Source: Planktothricoides raciborskii GIHE-MW2
Lineage (GTDB): Bacteria > Cyanobacteriota > Cyanobacteriia > Cyanobacteriales > Laspinemataceae
Direction: 5' to 3'
Length of the DNA stretch: 64,000 nucleotides
Assembly: GCF_040564635.1 (NCBI RefSeq)
Contig: NZ_CP159837.1
Coordinates: 35,801 to 99,800, forward strand
The notes beneath the pieces were generated by a model. That model saw only the letters and a program-made list of their open reading frames with translations. It searched no databases and was not told where the DNA came from. Made by a program: the position numbers and the translations under genes. The number at the start of each line of letters is the position of its first letter. Positions within the stretch are counted from its first letter, which is position 1. Of this stretch, positions 38,769 to 48,935 are shown one piece after another.

Positions 38769-39225
38769 GTTTGGGATTTGTTAAAGGAAAGTGTCCGGGC
38801 AATCTCCGCTTGTCCTTGATTCAATTTACACCCTGTTTTTGAGGCAAATGTCAGCGGTCTTTCCCGGCTGAAAAGTCTGAGCTTAAAACCGGGGGCGATG
38901 ACGATGAAAAGTTTGAGCATCAGCGAGAGTGCCGAAAGGCTAATCTGCCGATCGCAACGGAGCGATCGCCGTCAAAATCAGCCACTTCATCTATATTGTC
39001 CATTGATCAGAAGCGACTTTCCCCCAACTAAACACCCTATCCGATTCTAACCAACTGGCTGCTTGCAACGGCTCAACAGAATCAACTGTAGCATTTTCCA
39101 ACTGATAACGCTAAAGGAAAAGGAATTGTTTCCAAGTCTATGGGACTCCTCAACTCTCTATCAGTCATGGGGCAGACTTCTTGCCCTCAATCCAGCAAAC
39201 CGGATCAACGATCGATTCTCAAACC

Positions 39226-39305
39226 AATCTCAGACTAATCTCAGACCAATCTCAGACCAATCTCAGACCAATCTCAGACCAATCTCAGACTAATCTCAGA
39301 CTGAA
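39226..39305. repeat. 11-bp tandem repeat AATCTCAGACC, about 7 copies.
   Basis: Direct reading. Track ORF 39063-39293 is an artefact. Confidence 0.85.
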
Positions 39306-39524
39306 TATTGCCAAACATTGCCAAACAATCTAACGGAGAGTTTTTCACAATATATATCAAATATAAAAAGCAGCTTTTTTGTGATAATTTACCATTAATT
39401 AAATGTATAGTTAAACTCCAAATATATTTTTTTATATCTAAAAAATCAATAGCCATAATAGCCATATTTTTAAATCTAGTTATTTTTTATATAATTATTT
39501 TTATCCTGTTATATGGGTAAATAA

Positions 39525-40139
39525 TTACCTCAAAAAAACTTGCTTCATATTTAAAACAAAGCCAGATAAAATATTATCGCCAGATAAAAAATCCGGCATT
39601 TGCTTTCTTTGAATTGAGTTACCCTGGGCATAAATTTCAATATTTTTCAGCATTGGATCGATTAACCAGCCTAACTTAACCCCCTGATTTTGGTACTCCT
39701 GCATTTTTAGCTGAAGTCTAGCCCAATTAGCATCAGAGTCCAGTAACTCTAAGACAAAATCAGGACATAATTGAATCAGCTTTTCCCGGTTTGTTCTAGG
39801 GAACTGAGAAAATCTTTCGGCGCTGATCCACGCTAAATTAGGACTACGAATCGAGCCATTTGGCAATTTAAAAGCCGTCACTTCGTCGAAAATGACGCCG
39901 TACTGAGTTTGTTGATTCCAAGTCCAAATTTGACTGGCGATCGCCCAACTCCACTGTTGAGTTTGATGGTCTGGTTGATTAAAAATCAATAAGCTTCCTT
40001 CAACGGTGCGCTCAAATTTATAATTTGGGTTCGTTCGGCAAATCTCCAGAAATTCCCTATCGTTTAAATCAATCAGATTTGTTAAGTTTAATTGCATGAA
40101 TCTCATATCATGGATGAAAATTTGAGGACTGTTAGGCAA
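39525..40139 (-). CDS. Uma2-family (DUF820) putative endonuclease.
   Basis: 204 aa. PDFVLELLDSDANWARLQLKMQEYQNQGVKLGWLIDP matches the PD-(D/E)xK core of Uma2 proteins. Confidence 0.8.
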   Translation of the reverse strand: MPNSPQIFIHDMRFMQLNLTNLIDLNDREFLEICRTNPNYKFERTVEGSLLIFNQPDHQTQQWSWAIASQIWTWNQQTQYGVIFDEVTAFKLPNGSIRSPNLAWISAERFSQFPRTNREKLIQLCPDFVLELLDSDANWARLQLKMQEYQNQGVKLGWLIDPMLKNIEIYAQGNSIQRKQMPDFLSGDNILSGFVLNMKQVFLR

Positions 40140-40442
40140 TCTATTTAGATTAATTTAGTTTATCTAAAAATTTACGGTTTTGCATCTACCAGTCCCCAAA
40201 GATACCAGATTCTGGTGCAAAACCGAAGAATGTCATGTTGCGGGGTCAGACCCACAATCAAGGCGAATACATCTGATCTGGTTTCGGATCCCAGGTTTTC
40301 CGGGGGGCGATCGCGGTTGGTAAAGGCTGAAACTATTAACCGGATAGGATTTTAGGCGATTGAAAAAAAATTAAAAAATTTTTGGCAAAACTCTAGACAT
40401 TTAGAAAAAATGTGCTAGTATAGTTAAGGTTCTAAAAAACAA

Positions 40443-40514
40443 GGCTCAGTAGCTCAGTGGTAGAGCAGGGGACTCATAAGCCCTTGGTCGCGTGTTCAAA
40501 TCACGCCTGAGCCA
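40443..40514 (+). tRNA. tRNA-Met (anticodon CAU; could alternatively be lysidine-modified tRNA-Ile2).
   Basis: Cloverleaf read by hand. The acceptor GGCTCAG/CTGAGCC pairs with a G1-C72 pair, so it is not an initiator. D-arm is GCTC/GAGC. Anticodon loop CTCATAA has CAT at 40475-40477. T-arm is GCGTG/CACGC with TTCAAAT. The discriminator is A and CCA is not encoded. Confidence 0.85.
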
Positions 40515-40627
40515 TTATGAAACCAGGGGATTTGGGCGATTCCCTGGTTTATTATTTGAATCGCAAATGAGTACAAACAGATACAAATAAGTACAAATTT
40601 AGGCAATCATTTAGGTAACGTAAATTT

Positions 40628-41731
40628 TTGCGGCCAATGGCTAAATTAACCATCGAATCAATCAACGCCCAGCTTAAGGCAGCCAACATTAGAGTCAAGA
40701 TTAATACGCTGCCCGGTAAAAATACTTTGTTCCTTCGCGCTACTCTACCGCCCAAGCCTGGGTGTAATCGAGATAGTCCCTATCAGCAGCGCATAGCTCT
40801 AGGGGTGTACAACAATGACGTGGGACTGCGCTATGCCAAAGGAGAAGCAATCAAATTGGCAGGGCTTCTGGATACTTATCAATTTAGTTGGGAAACCTAT
40901 AAGCCGGAACTGTCTAAGCAGCCAAGTCAAAAGACTTGCAAAGACTGGATTCAAGAATTTGAGGACGATTTCTGGGCAAGAGGCGATCGCACTGCTACAA
41001 CCTGGAAAGATTACCGTAAAGTTTTCAAAAAACTTCCTGGCGATAAACCTCTAACTTTTGAATTGGGGAAAGAAATTATTTTGGCTACCGAGGCCAACAC
41101 TAAAAACAGAGAACGAACGACTGACAAGATTGCCAGCTTGTGTGAATTTGCCAAAATTGAGAATGCTAAGGATTTGAGGAAATATCGAGGCATCTATTCT
41201 CAGAAGGGGAAAGACACACCGTTGATTATTCCTTCTGATGAAGAAATTTTTAATTGTTTGTCTGGTTTCCATACCGAACAGTGGCGAAATGCTTTTTGTT
41301 TACAGGCCGCGTTTGGATTACGAAACCATGAAATCTATCATGTCAGGCTCGAAAAGATTGATAAGGGACTGTTAGAGGTGGGCGATCGCACTAAAACCGG
41401 CTACCGCGTTGTGCCCACCTGTCATCCAGACTGGATAGATATGTGGAATATTAAAGAAATTCTGCCGCAAGACCTACCCCAAAGCACTGCCACTGAAAAT
41501 GAGGAGTTAGGGCGATTAGTCTGGAAAGCCTATGACCGAGCCGGTGTTCCATTTCCCCCATATTCGTTAAGACATCGTTTTGCTTGCGATTGCGCTTGCC
41601 AAGGTAAACCACTTGCTCTTGCTGCTAAGGTCATGGGTCATAGTGTAGACGTTCATACAAAAATTTATCACGCATTTTTAGGGGAGAAAGACCTCTTAAA
41701 TGCGTGGTATAGGAAAGATGTTAATTTTTAG
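40628..41731 (+). CDS. int: Tyrosine-type site-specific integrase.
   Basis: 367 aa. The C-terminal catalytic region reads YSLRHRFACDCACQG...MGHSVDVHTKIYH (R...HxxR...Y). Confidence 0.85.
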   Translation: MRPMAKLTIESINAQLKAANIRVKINTLPGKNTLFLRATLPPKPGCNRDSPYQQRIALGVYNNDVGLRYAKGEAIKLAGLLDTYQFSWETYKPELSKQPSQKTCKDWIQEFEDDFWARGDRTATTWKDYRKVFKKLPGDKPLTFELGKEIILATEANTKNRERTTDKIASLCEFAKIENAKDLRKYRGIYSQKGKDTPLIIPSDEEIFNCLSGFHTEQWRNAFCLQAAFGLRNHEIYHVRLEKIDKGLLEVGDRTKTGYRVVPTCHPDWIDMWNIKEILPQDLPQSTATENEELGRLVWKAYDRAGVPFPPYSLRHRFACDCACQGKPLALAAKVMGHSVDVHTKIYHAFLGEKDLLNAWYRKDVNF

Positions 41732-41912
41732 GTTTTCGTTTAGCTATTGGGGTATTTAAATATGCCTCAATAGCTTCCAGCTTGAATTCTAACCAGCCTC
41801 CAGGAGTAACGCGATAGTGGATTCCCTCAATCCATTTTTTGCACCGCCATCTGTGGATTGTTCGAGGATGTTTCTTCAAATGATTGGCTAGTTCTTTTGT
41901 GGTCAAATACAT
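41721..41912 (-). CDS. AlpA/excisionase-like HTH DNA-binding protein.
   Basis: 63 aa. LTTKELANHLKKHPRTIHRWRCKKWIEGIHYRV is a MerR-like excisionase HTH. Confidence 0.6.
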   Translation of the reverse strand: MYLTTKELANHLKKHPRTIHRWRCKKWIEGIHYRVTPGGWLEFKLEAIEAYLNTPIAKRKPKN

Positions 41913-42051
41913 AATTCACCTTTTTATTTATTGGAAGGGTTTGGGAAACTATTTGCTCTTGTTTTAGTTGAAATCCACGAAGTCTTATCTGGAGACACTT
42001 TCAAGCATTATCGGGATTCCGATAACGGGATTAGTTTCCCGAAAAAACAAT

Positions 42052-42435
42052 CTATTCCAGAGCCCACTCCTGTGGTTGAAATTTGGCACCCGTGCGAAGC
42101 CAATACGTTAAGAAGTCGATGAAATCCTGAAGTTGGCCGATATTCATCTGACTCCGAACTTTTACCCCATAGCGAGCCTGAAACAGATTTCGGAAGCGAT
42201 CGCGATACTCATCTTTGGTCATAAATGGATAGCAAAGTCGCTGCAATTCTTTAACCAAGTCACTGCTTTTTTGTACAAGGGTTTTTTTGGCTTCTTTTTC
42301 GGAATCGTCAGCAATGTCAGCAGTTGGCTGAATCTCTTGTGTAGTAAAGCTTCTAGCTGCTGATAATTTGTCAGCATTTTCGTCAGCGCTGACGAAAATG
42401 CTGACAGAAGCAGAACTGAAGGTTGCGCCCCTCAC
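42052..42435 (-). CDS. Hypothetical small protein. The true start is probably internal (~42222), and the 5' end overlaps the DUF3987 gene tail.
   Basis: ORF only. Confidence 0.25.
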   Translation of the reverse strand: MRGATFSSASVSIFVSADENADKLSAARSFTTQEIQPTADIADDSEKEAKKTLVQKSSDLVKELQRLCYPFMTKDEYRDRFRNLFQARYGVKVRSQMNIGQLQDFIDFLTYWLRTGAKFQPQEWALE

Positions 42436-44446
42436 CCTGTATTTCCCCCAACCCCATATCAGCCAGCGTCACGAAATGCTGGCGAACTTGGTCTGCACTC
42501 GGTCGTTGTTTTTTGGTAAAAGTTGGCTGGACATCCCGTGCTTTAATCCACTCTCCTTTTGACTCTGCTAAGTTCAGAATTTTCATCAAGTGCGGTGCCA
42601 ATGAATCGTCATCGAACTGGCCATAGAGGGATTTAATCTGCTGAATCGCAAAGTTGGCCAATTTGATAGCAGGCAACAACGAATCCATCCCAATTTCATG
42701 GCTGATGGGTTGAGTGCGATCGCCCATTGCCCACCGGATGACGTGCAGATTCAGCGCTATTTTTCCAATCCGACCAGCGGTTTTGCCATAGACAGCCCGC
42801 AAACTCTGGTTGGGTTCTTTAACTCGAAGTTGTTCCACCCGGTCATAAGCTTGCTTGAACCGAAGCTGGGCTGCGGAGTCAAACTGATATTCTATTGCTG
42901 GCAACGCACTGATAGAGCGATAAAGTCCTGCCAACATTTCAGTCAGGTTCAATCCGCCGCTGATAGGCAAAGTAGATGCCGTATTTGGTTGATGGACAAA
43001 AAAGAAGCGTGCCCATTTCCCGTTTCCGTCATCTTTACCACCTATCAATTTTTCCAAAATTTCTGGTTGAATCGCGCCTAAAATTCCCAGGCAAGTTTTG
43101 TCCGTATCGTCGCGCAGACCTTCCGCTCGAAGAGTTTTAGCTCCCGACCCGTCATAAAGTTCTAATAAGTCTTCTTCATCAGAGCCGCGTCCGCCACGGT
43201 AGGAATTGAGACTGCCAAATAACGCTTTCAATTCATCAGACAAATAGAGCATCCCATGCTGTTGGCGACCGGCTTGCCGTAAGAGCGCTTCACCAGTAGT
43301 TCGTTGCAACCAATGAACTCGTTTCTGTGGTTCTGGGGGCATTTCGGCGTATTTATCTTCTGACTGGATTCGCTTGCAAGCTTCTTTCCATGTCGCCATT
43401 TCTTGTTCGTAGCGATCGCATTCATCGCGATGTAATAGACCGAGTGGCTTGGTAGCGATCGCTTTAAGAATCGGAGATTTCTTCTGGGAGCTTTCAGCCA
43501 CCAAACCAATGAACAGATTAGGAGAAAGCCGATAGTCAGTGGCCGTAGCAGCCAACAATTCAGTATCAGTCCGATGCAGGCTTGACACCGTTCCCAACAA
43601 AGACACTAAGCAGACTTCAGGTTGCAAATTCATCCATTTGGCTAACTGAGTTAAAGGCCGCGCAAGATTTTCGGGCAAAACTTCACTCAAGTTAATTGAC
43701 GACTGATTAGCTTGGAGAATCTGTTCAATTTTCGCTTTTGTAGTCTGTTGACTATCGCGTTCGTCTAACTCAGCAACGATGTCTGCATAAATACTGTTGA
43801 GTTGACTGACAGGCCATCGCGATTCTTGTGCTAATTGAGAAATGGTCAGCTTGCGATCACTCTCTGAAAAATTCTGGTGAGCAATTTTTTCTAACTCTTC
43901 GCGGATTACCGATGCAGTCCATTTCTGACTTTCTGAGTTGGTTTTCCCTTCTGAACACAAGAATGCATCATAAGCCCGGTCAAATCCCTTGCCAAATATC
44001 TGATATGCTTTTTCGATTTCCGCTCGGAGTTGGGTTTTCTCAAGTAAATCTGCTTCATGGTGATAGAGCAGTAACTCCAGTCGGAGCTTGTGAGTTTCGG
44101 TCATGCCGGGAACATTCAGAGCGCTTAGTCGGCCTTTCCAGCGGAGTTCACGAATAGCCATTACCAAAATTTCAGTAGCGAGCGGAAATTCTCGGTTAAG
44201 TTCTATAGAGCCTAAGTATTGCCCAACCACCTGAACATACATCTGGATTTCGGCTTCAAACTGCTCCTTAGACCGTTGGGCTTCGCAAGCTTCAGATATT
44301 TGACGGGCTAGTAAATTACTTTCAATATTTTTTTGAGCCGTTGCACTATTTTGCTGAGTTTGTGCTATATTATTAGTAGTCATGTGTTCACTCCTGTAAG
44401 TGGATACTCCCCCTGGGTGCTCTAACACCGCGAGGGGGTTTTTCAT
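42383..44446 (-). CDS. DUF3987-domain protein (P4/CP4-57-type, primase/helicase-associated protein of integrative elements).
   Basis: 687 aa. LYLSDELKALFGSLNSYRGGRGSDEEDLLELYDGSGAKTLRAEG resembles the conserved DUF3987 core. Its position next to int and the alpA-like gene fits P4-like islands. Confidence 0.65.
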   Translation of the reverse strand: MKNPLAVLEHPGGVSTYRSEHMTTNNIAQTQQNSATAQKNIESNLLARQISEACEAQRSKEQFEAEIQMYVQVVGQYLGSIELNREFPLATEILVMAIRELRWKGRLSALNVPGMTETHKLRLELLLYHHEADLLEKTQLRAEIEKAYQIFGKGFDRAYDAFLCSEGKTNSESQKWTASVIREELEKIAHQNFSESDRKLTISQLAQESRWPVSQLNSIYADIVAELDERDSQQTTKAKIEQILQANQSSINLSEVLPENLARPLTQLAKWMNLQPEVCLVSLLGTVSSLHRTDTELLAATATDYRLSPNLFIGLVAESSQKKSPILKAIATKPLGLLHRDECDRYEQEMATWKEACKRIQSEDKYAEMPPEPQKRVHWLQRTTGEALLRQAGRQQHGMLYLSDELKALFGSLNSYRGGRGSDEEDLLELYDGSGAKTLRAEGLRDDTDKTCLGILGAIQPEILEKLIGGKDDGNGKWARFFFVHQPNTASTLPISGGLNLTEMLAGLYRSISALPAIEYQFDSAAQLRFKQAYDRVEQLRVKEPNQSLRAVYGKTAGRIGKIALNLHVIRWAMGDRTQPISHEIGMDSLLPAIKLANFAIQQIKSLYGQFDDDSLAPHLMKILNLAESKGEWIKARDVQPTFTKKQRPSADQVRQHFVTLADMGLGEIQGEGRNLQFCFCQHFRQR

Positions 44447-44959
44447 TTATCCCAAATGCTGATGTAATTGAAATTTGGGTCAGCTTGCCTAATATTATCA
44501 CTAAAAATTAGCCAATAATCAACATTTTTTGTCCCAAATACTGAAACTATTGCTGTATTAGGGTTTCCAGGGTTTCCGTCATTTAAACATACGGTATTTT
44601 TCATCATTTTTTTAAGTTTCATTAAAACACGAATATCCAGTAATGAGTAATGAGTAAAACTGAAATTACTACTACAATAATAATTTTCTAAATTTTACTA
44701 CAGTAATAATTTTCTGAATTTAACTTCTGATTCCAGTAACCGTGATTCCGGGTAGTGACACAGTTTAATTTGTATAGGTAAAGTGACATAAGAATGACAT
44801 AAGAATGACATAACTAAGATTTCAGCGTTCGTACAATGATGGCTGGGTACAAGCAATAAGCAATGATTGTCTCGACTAGACGACGATGAAAAGGATATCA
44901 TTTTAAATGATACCCCTGGCGGAAAACAAGACTTTGTACCCATCAATCCCTAGCAATAA

Positions 44960-46333
44960 CTAACTCTCCTGAATTGACTTAAATTCTTCTACAGCTTTGT
45001 AATATTTTGGATTGCCGCCTTTACTGATGCCCCAAAGTAAGGCAATAATTTGAGCCTGATTTTGCCTCTCATTTTTGAGATTCTGAATCATCGGTGCAAG
45101 TTGGTGCAGAGGTAGCAATGCTGCCGGAAAACCTTCTTTTGCGACTTCTGAGATGCCGGTGCGCCCCTTGGATTCAGATGGCTGTGATTCAGACACATCA
45201 ATGGGTGCGTCGTTTGCACCGGGCGGTGCATCGGGTGATGAATCTTGCACTGGGTCAGATGTGCGGTCGTTCGGCTCATATCCCGGCAACTGATAGATAT
45301 CTTCTAAGTATTTGGCAATGGCAGAATGATTATCTTTGGTGGAGTTACTAACAGCTTCTAAACTTTTCATTGGGGACAAAGGTACTGGGAGAAATGCTGG
45401 CATCTTGTCCACCAGAATAGGATAGTCTTGAGATGTTACCCAAATCTTTAAATTTTCATCTTTGAGGCCACTGGCATAAGATGCAGCAAATTCACCAAGA
45501 CGAGCCCATCTAAGCGATTTTCTCGCGGCACCTTGACCCTCCCATTTAAAATCTTTTAATAGGTCAGACTGAACAATTAAGATTAGCCTCAAGCCAACTT
45601 TTCTGGCTTCACGAATTAGACTCAAGACCTCACTACCAGAACATTTTGGATGCACACCAGCAAACGTGGTGTACTCGTCCAAAATAAATGTGTAGCGATC
45701 GCCCACCGGCGCACCCTTTTTTAATAGCTTGTAACGTCTGTCCATCTCTTGATGAATAGTTGCGATCGCCTCGGTATAACTGCAATCTTCTTTGCCACTT
45801 ACCAAATTATCAAAAGGAATTGGTGCCGCTGGATATTCTCCATAATTTCTGCCTTTAGCCACAGTGGGCAGACCTGGATAATTCCCAGGCTTCCAGTGCG
45901 GGTCAATTGCTATTGACTTCTCATCCAGGAATTGCAGCAATGATTCAGTAAGAGTTGTCTTTCCATCGCCAGTGCCACCAACAATAGCGAGGTGAGCGTA
46001 TTTGTCTGGGTTGGTTTGAATCAAGTCCCAATTAAACACAATAGGCTCTTGTGCCGGTGGCAATGCCTGAACTTCCACAGCCGCTTCATAAGCTTGGTGG
46101 CACCGACGGTCTAACAGTTGCTCAAACAAGTCTAGCCGCGCCGCCTGAATCATTCGCAGCATCTGGTCGGGTTCTTCTGATTTTTTCTCAGCCCACGCCG
46201 ATATCAGTGCCAGTGCCGTGCCCCCAAATAGGGATGCAAATTGAGCATCGTCTTTCCCCTGGAAGTTGAAGCCGATGGCGGCGGCTCCGAGAATGGTGGC
46301 GATCGCAAAAGTAGACCATTGCAGAACCTTCAT
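44960..46333 (-). CDS. Membrane-anchored P-loop ATPase, FtsK/TraD/TcpA-like putative DNA-transfer or coupling ATPase.
   Basis: 457 aa. N-terminal TM, Walker A IVGGTGDGKTT, Walker B TFILDEY. Confidence 0.6.
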   Translation of the reverse strand: MKVLQWSTFAIATILGAAAIGFNFQGKDDAQFASLFGGTALALISAWAEKKSEEPDQMLRMIQAARLDLFEQLLDRRCHQAYEAAVEVQALPPAQEPIVFNWDLIQTNPDKYAHLAIVGGTGDGKTTLTESLLQFLDEKSIAIDPHWKPGNYPGLPTVAKGRNYGEYPAAPIPFDNLVSGKEDCSYTEAIATIHQEMDRRYKLLKKGAPVGDRYTFILDEYTTFAGVHPKCSGSEVLSLIREARKVGLRLILIVQSDLLKDFKWEGQGAARKSLRWARLGEFAASYASGLKDENLKIWVTSQDYPILVDKMPAFLPVPLSPMKSLEAVSNSTKDNHSAIAKYLEDIYQLPGYEPNDRTSDPVQDSSPDAPPGANDAPIDVSESQPSESKGRTGISEVAKEGFPAALLPLHQLAPMIQNLKNERQNQAQIIALLWGISKGGNPKYYKAVEEFKSIQES

Positions 46334-46334
46334 C

Positions 46335-46544
46335 TCACACCCCCATCGCGATTGCGATCGCTAATCCAACAATGGCACCCAAACTTAAAGGATGCTGGTT
46401 AGAACGATGGCACCAAACAATAATCGCCACCGCCTCTATCACCAAAGCAGCCAGAACAGCAGGCTGAAACAATGGCAAAAGTTTGGCGATCGCAACCACC
46501 AAACTGTGAACAAAAATTACTGCTAAAATTAAGCTGAATTTCAT
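46335..46544 (-). CDS. Small membrane protein (69 aa), apparently in an operon with the ATPase.
   Basis: ORF abutting the ATPase start. Two predicted TM helices. Confidence 0.4.
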   Translation of the reverse strand: MKFSLILAVIFVHSLVVAIAKLLPLFQPAVLAALVIEAVAIIVWCHRSNQHPLSLGAIVGLAIAIAMGV

Positions 46545-46597
46545 ACTATCCTTCCTAAGCTAAAAACCCCTAAGATGCAATCCTAGGGGCTTCGTTT

Positions 46598-46993
46598 TTA
46601 ACTACCTTTAATCAATCGGCCCCGCATTGAGCGATATCCCTGTCGTCGTTGTTGTACCTGTTCTAGGACTTTGATACCCTCAGTGTTCGCCGCAAGCTTG
46701 GCGGATTCAATGTCACCTAAGCCTTGGTAAATCTCACCAGCTAACTTACCTCGGACTTGGGCTTCTTTGGCCATAGTTACCACCTCCTTATGTTCGGCCT
46801 GTACTTGTTCCAGTGGCGCTGAAAAGTAGCGCTCTGTTTGCGATTCAATCCAGTCGATGTTTCGCAATATTTTGTGTTGTCGGTAGGGTTTGAAAAGCCA
46901 GTCAAACATCGTTTTAATTCCCCAAATCAGGTTGCTTGTATCCGCATTCCTGGTTCTGCAAACTTGTAATCTACAGAATCTAAAAACTCGCAA
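46598..46993 (-). CDS. Hypothetical protein (start possibly at the internal Met near 46912).
   Basis: ORF only. Confidence 0.4.
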   Translation of the reverse strand: MRVFRFCRLQVCRTRNADTSNLIWGIKTMFDWLFKPYRQHKILRNIDWIESQTERYFSAPLEQVQAEHKEVVTMAKEAQVRGKLAGEIYQGLGDIESAKLAANTEGIKVLEQVQQRRQGYRSMRGRLIKGS

Positions 46994-47215
46994 ATATCAC
47001 GCCACGAACGCATTTGAGAGTAGGTGGGAAAAATCATTAGAAAATATCCTCAACTGTCAAGAGGGAGTCTCGAAGCCATAAGCGATGGTCTTGATATTCA
47101 ATCCAGTTAGGGTTATTTAACCGAAATTTAATCTCTAGGATTGGGGTACTGCACCAAAATTCAAAAACAATCCAAGGACAGTAGGGTTGCCAACTAAAGC
47201 CAATATTGCTGTTTT

Positions 47216-47476
47216 TCATAGTTCTAAGGGTGGTAAATCTGTGTCAATTAATAATGGTTTTGCCGGTTCTAGCGTAGGTGATAATGTTGGCTGTGTTGCT
47301 TGCTGCATAAGCAATCCGTGCTCTGCAATAGTTCCCACAGGGGTAGCCATAAAGGTTTCAAAAGCAGATAAGTAACGAGACAAAATCAAGTTCACCACTT
47401 CTGCTTTCGGTATGCCTAGCTTCTCAGCCAAAGCTTCTATTCTCTGGTCAAATTTAGCATTGGTACTTAACCGCAT
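47216..47476 (-). CDS. ParR-like ribbon-helix-helix partition adaptor.
   Basis: 86 aa. The N-terminal strand-helix reads MRLSTNAKFDQRIEALAEKLGIPKAEVVNLIL. It lies immediately downstream of the ParM-like gene and overlaps it by 10 nt. Confidence 0.5.
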   Translation of the reverse strand: MRLSTNAKFDQRIEALAEKLGIPKAEVVNLILSRYLSAFETFMATPVGTIAEHGLLMQQATQPTLSPTLEPAKPLLIDTDLPPLEL

Positions 47477-48417
47477 AGCAAGCCTTCGCAGTTAGCCATT
47501 TGGCCTGACTCAACCACTTTAATTCGGTCGGATTTCCAACTGTTTAGAAGGCAGGCAGAACCACCGATAATGGCGATTTCGCCAATAGTCGGCAAATAAT
47601 TTGTCCAGGCGGTTGAAAGTTGCTTTTTCAGTTGGGTAGAAAAATCGGGCAGACAATCATCAATTGCCCTGGAAATATTGCGAACAACTCCGTAACTTCC
47701 ATCCCCTGCGATCGCATCCAAAATTAGGTCTAACCGGGGGGACAATCCCTTAGCTTCTATTCCGATTAAGTCGCGGTGTTGGGCAACCATCTTGGCTAAT
47801 TCAATCGTGCCTAGCCCAGTAAACTGACTCTCCCAGATTGGTTGCCCGTTAGGAGTCAGAATGATGCCCGTGGCATTGCCACCGCCAATGTCCAAAACAC
47901 CATTATTACGAGCGTATTTGAAGACTCCAGAACTGAGTAAGTAAGGGAACGCTGCTGCCCCTTCGGACAGAACTTCCACAGAACCAATTCGATAGGTATT
48001 GTCATTGATAGTATGAACGCCTTTTAGGGCGGTGATTAACTGCTTTTTAGCCTCGCCAAAGACATCGGGCAAACATAGCCGTAAATTGGCAATATTGACG
48101 GTTCCTGTGAGGTTGAGTTGTGGCAAAACTCCCAGCACCATCAACGGCATAATTTCAGCTTTCTCGGAGTAAAAAGTCGCGGCACCCTCCCGATACTTGG
48201 CATCGTCTCCGATTAGCCAGCGTTCCCCAGTCAAATCTTTGCGATCGCCCGCTTGATATTCCACAGCTTCGGAATCTCGAAAGTTGGCTTTAGAGTAGTA
48301 AGCTGGTAACACTTTGCGGAAACCCGGTGCTGCAATTTTGATAAAACGGTTCCCGGCATCGATTGCCAGACGTGGCATTTGATGGCAGGAAATGGCAGAT
48401 ATTTTTGTTTGGTACAT
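47467..48417 (-). CDS. ParM/StbA-family actin-like plasmid segregation ATPase.
   Basis: 316 aa. Reads LAIDAGNRFIKIA, GVLDIGGGNATGI and IAIIGGSA, the actin-fold phosphate and adenosine motifs. Confidence 0.8.
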   Translation of the reverse strand: MYQTKISAISCHQMPRLAIDAGNRFIKIAAPGFRKVLPAYYSKANFRDSEAVEYQAGDRKDLTGERWLIGDDAKYREGAATFYSEKAEIMPLMVLGVLPQLNLTGTVNIANLRLCLPDVFGEAKKQLITALKGVHTINDNTYRIGSVEVLSEGAAAFPYLLSSGVFKYARNNGVLDIGGGNATGIILTPNGQPIWESQFTGLGTIELAKMVAQHRDLIGIEAKGLSPRLDLILDAIAGDGSYGVVRNISRAIDDCLPDFSTQLKKQLSTAWTNYLPTIGEIAIIGGSACLLNSWKSDRIKVVESGQMANCEGLLCG

Positions 48418-48492
48418 GGTAAAAATCTCAAAAAGTATGGTTACAACTGGTAATAAATGGCACTAAATGTCAGACGTGGCATTTATTGGCAT

Positions 48493-48756
48493 CTAACGGG
48501 AATCTTTGACACCTTCTTGGTAGCCCCGATATTCGAGTTGGGTTTGTTCCAGTTCGCGGCTGATTTGCAAGTATTGAGTCAAGCTAAAGGTGGCGATACA
48601 GGCAAGGGCGATCGCACACAAAACACCGATGATTCCTTCTGTATTTCCGCTCATGTTTTGGCTTCCTAAATTCACAAATGAAAATGTCCCCCATAACCCG
48701 AAAGCTATGGGGAATATGAGGTTTAGTCGTTGTTGTTGGTAATCAACGCCTGCCAA
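48493..48756 (-). CDS. Small membrane protein (87 aa), third gene of a three-gene operon.
   Basis: ORF with two hydrophobic helices. Overlaps the upstream ORF. Confidence 0.4.
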   Translation of the reverse strand: MAGVDYQQQRLNLIFPIAFGLWGTFSFVNLGSQNMSGNTEGIIGVLCAIALACIATFSLTQYLQISRELEQTQLEYRGYQEGVKDSR

Positions 48757-48935
48757 ACTTCATGGATATCCGCTTTGTCGTAAGGCGTCCGCTGATACTC
48801 TGGGAAAAATTCCTCAATGGTGATTGCCTCAGCCGCGTTGCGGGCGGCGCTTGGATTTGCCCCCGCTTTTATGAATTCTTGGTAGCGGGCTTGGGCAATC
48901 AAGCGTTGTTCCTGGGTGAGCTTGTAACCAAACAT
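48723..48935 (-). CDS. Hypothetical protein (70 aa).
   Basis: ORF. A 1-nt stop/start overlap with the upstream gene suggests coupling. Confidence 0.4.
   Translation of the reverse strand: MFGYKLTQEQRLIAQARYQEFIKAGANPSAARNAAEAITIEEFFPEYQRTPYDKADIHEVWQALITNNND

Noticed and set aside
40443-40514. Calling the tRNA an initiator tRNA-fMet
   Set aside because: Position 1-72 forms a G-C pair. The anticodon stem lacks the three consecutive G-C pairs at 29-31:39-41. This fits an elongator Met, or a k2C-Ile tRNA.
40552-40755. ORF 40552-40755 (-) and other short ORFs inside the integrase (40815-41054, 41011-41272)
   Set aside because: They overlap the integrase gene in other frames with no support.
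44698-44946. ORF 44698-44946 (82 aa)
   Set aside because: It lies in a non-coding stretch with GACATAAGAATGACATAA repeats. It is Ser/Cys-rich low complexity with no RBS.
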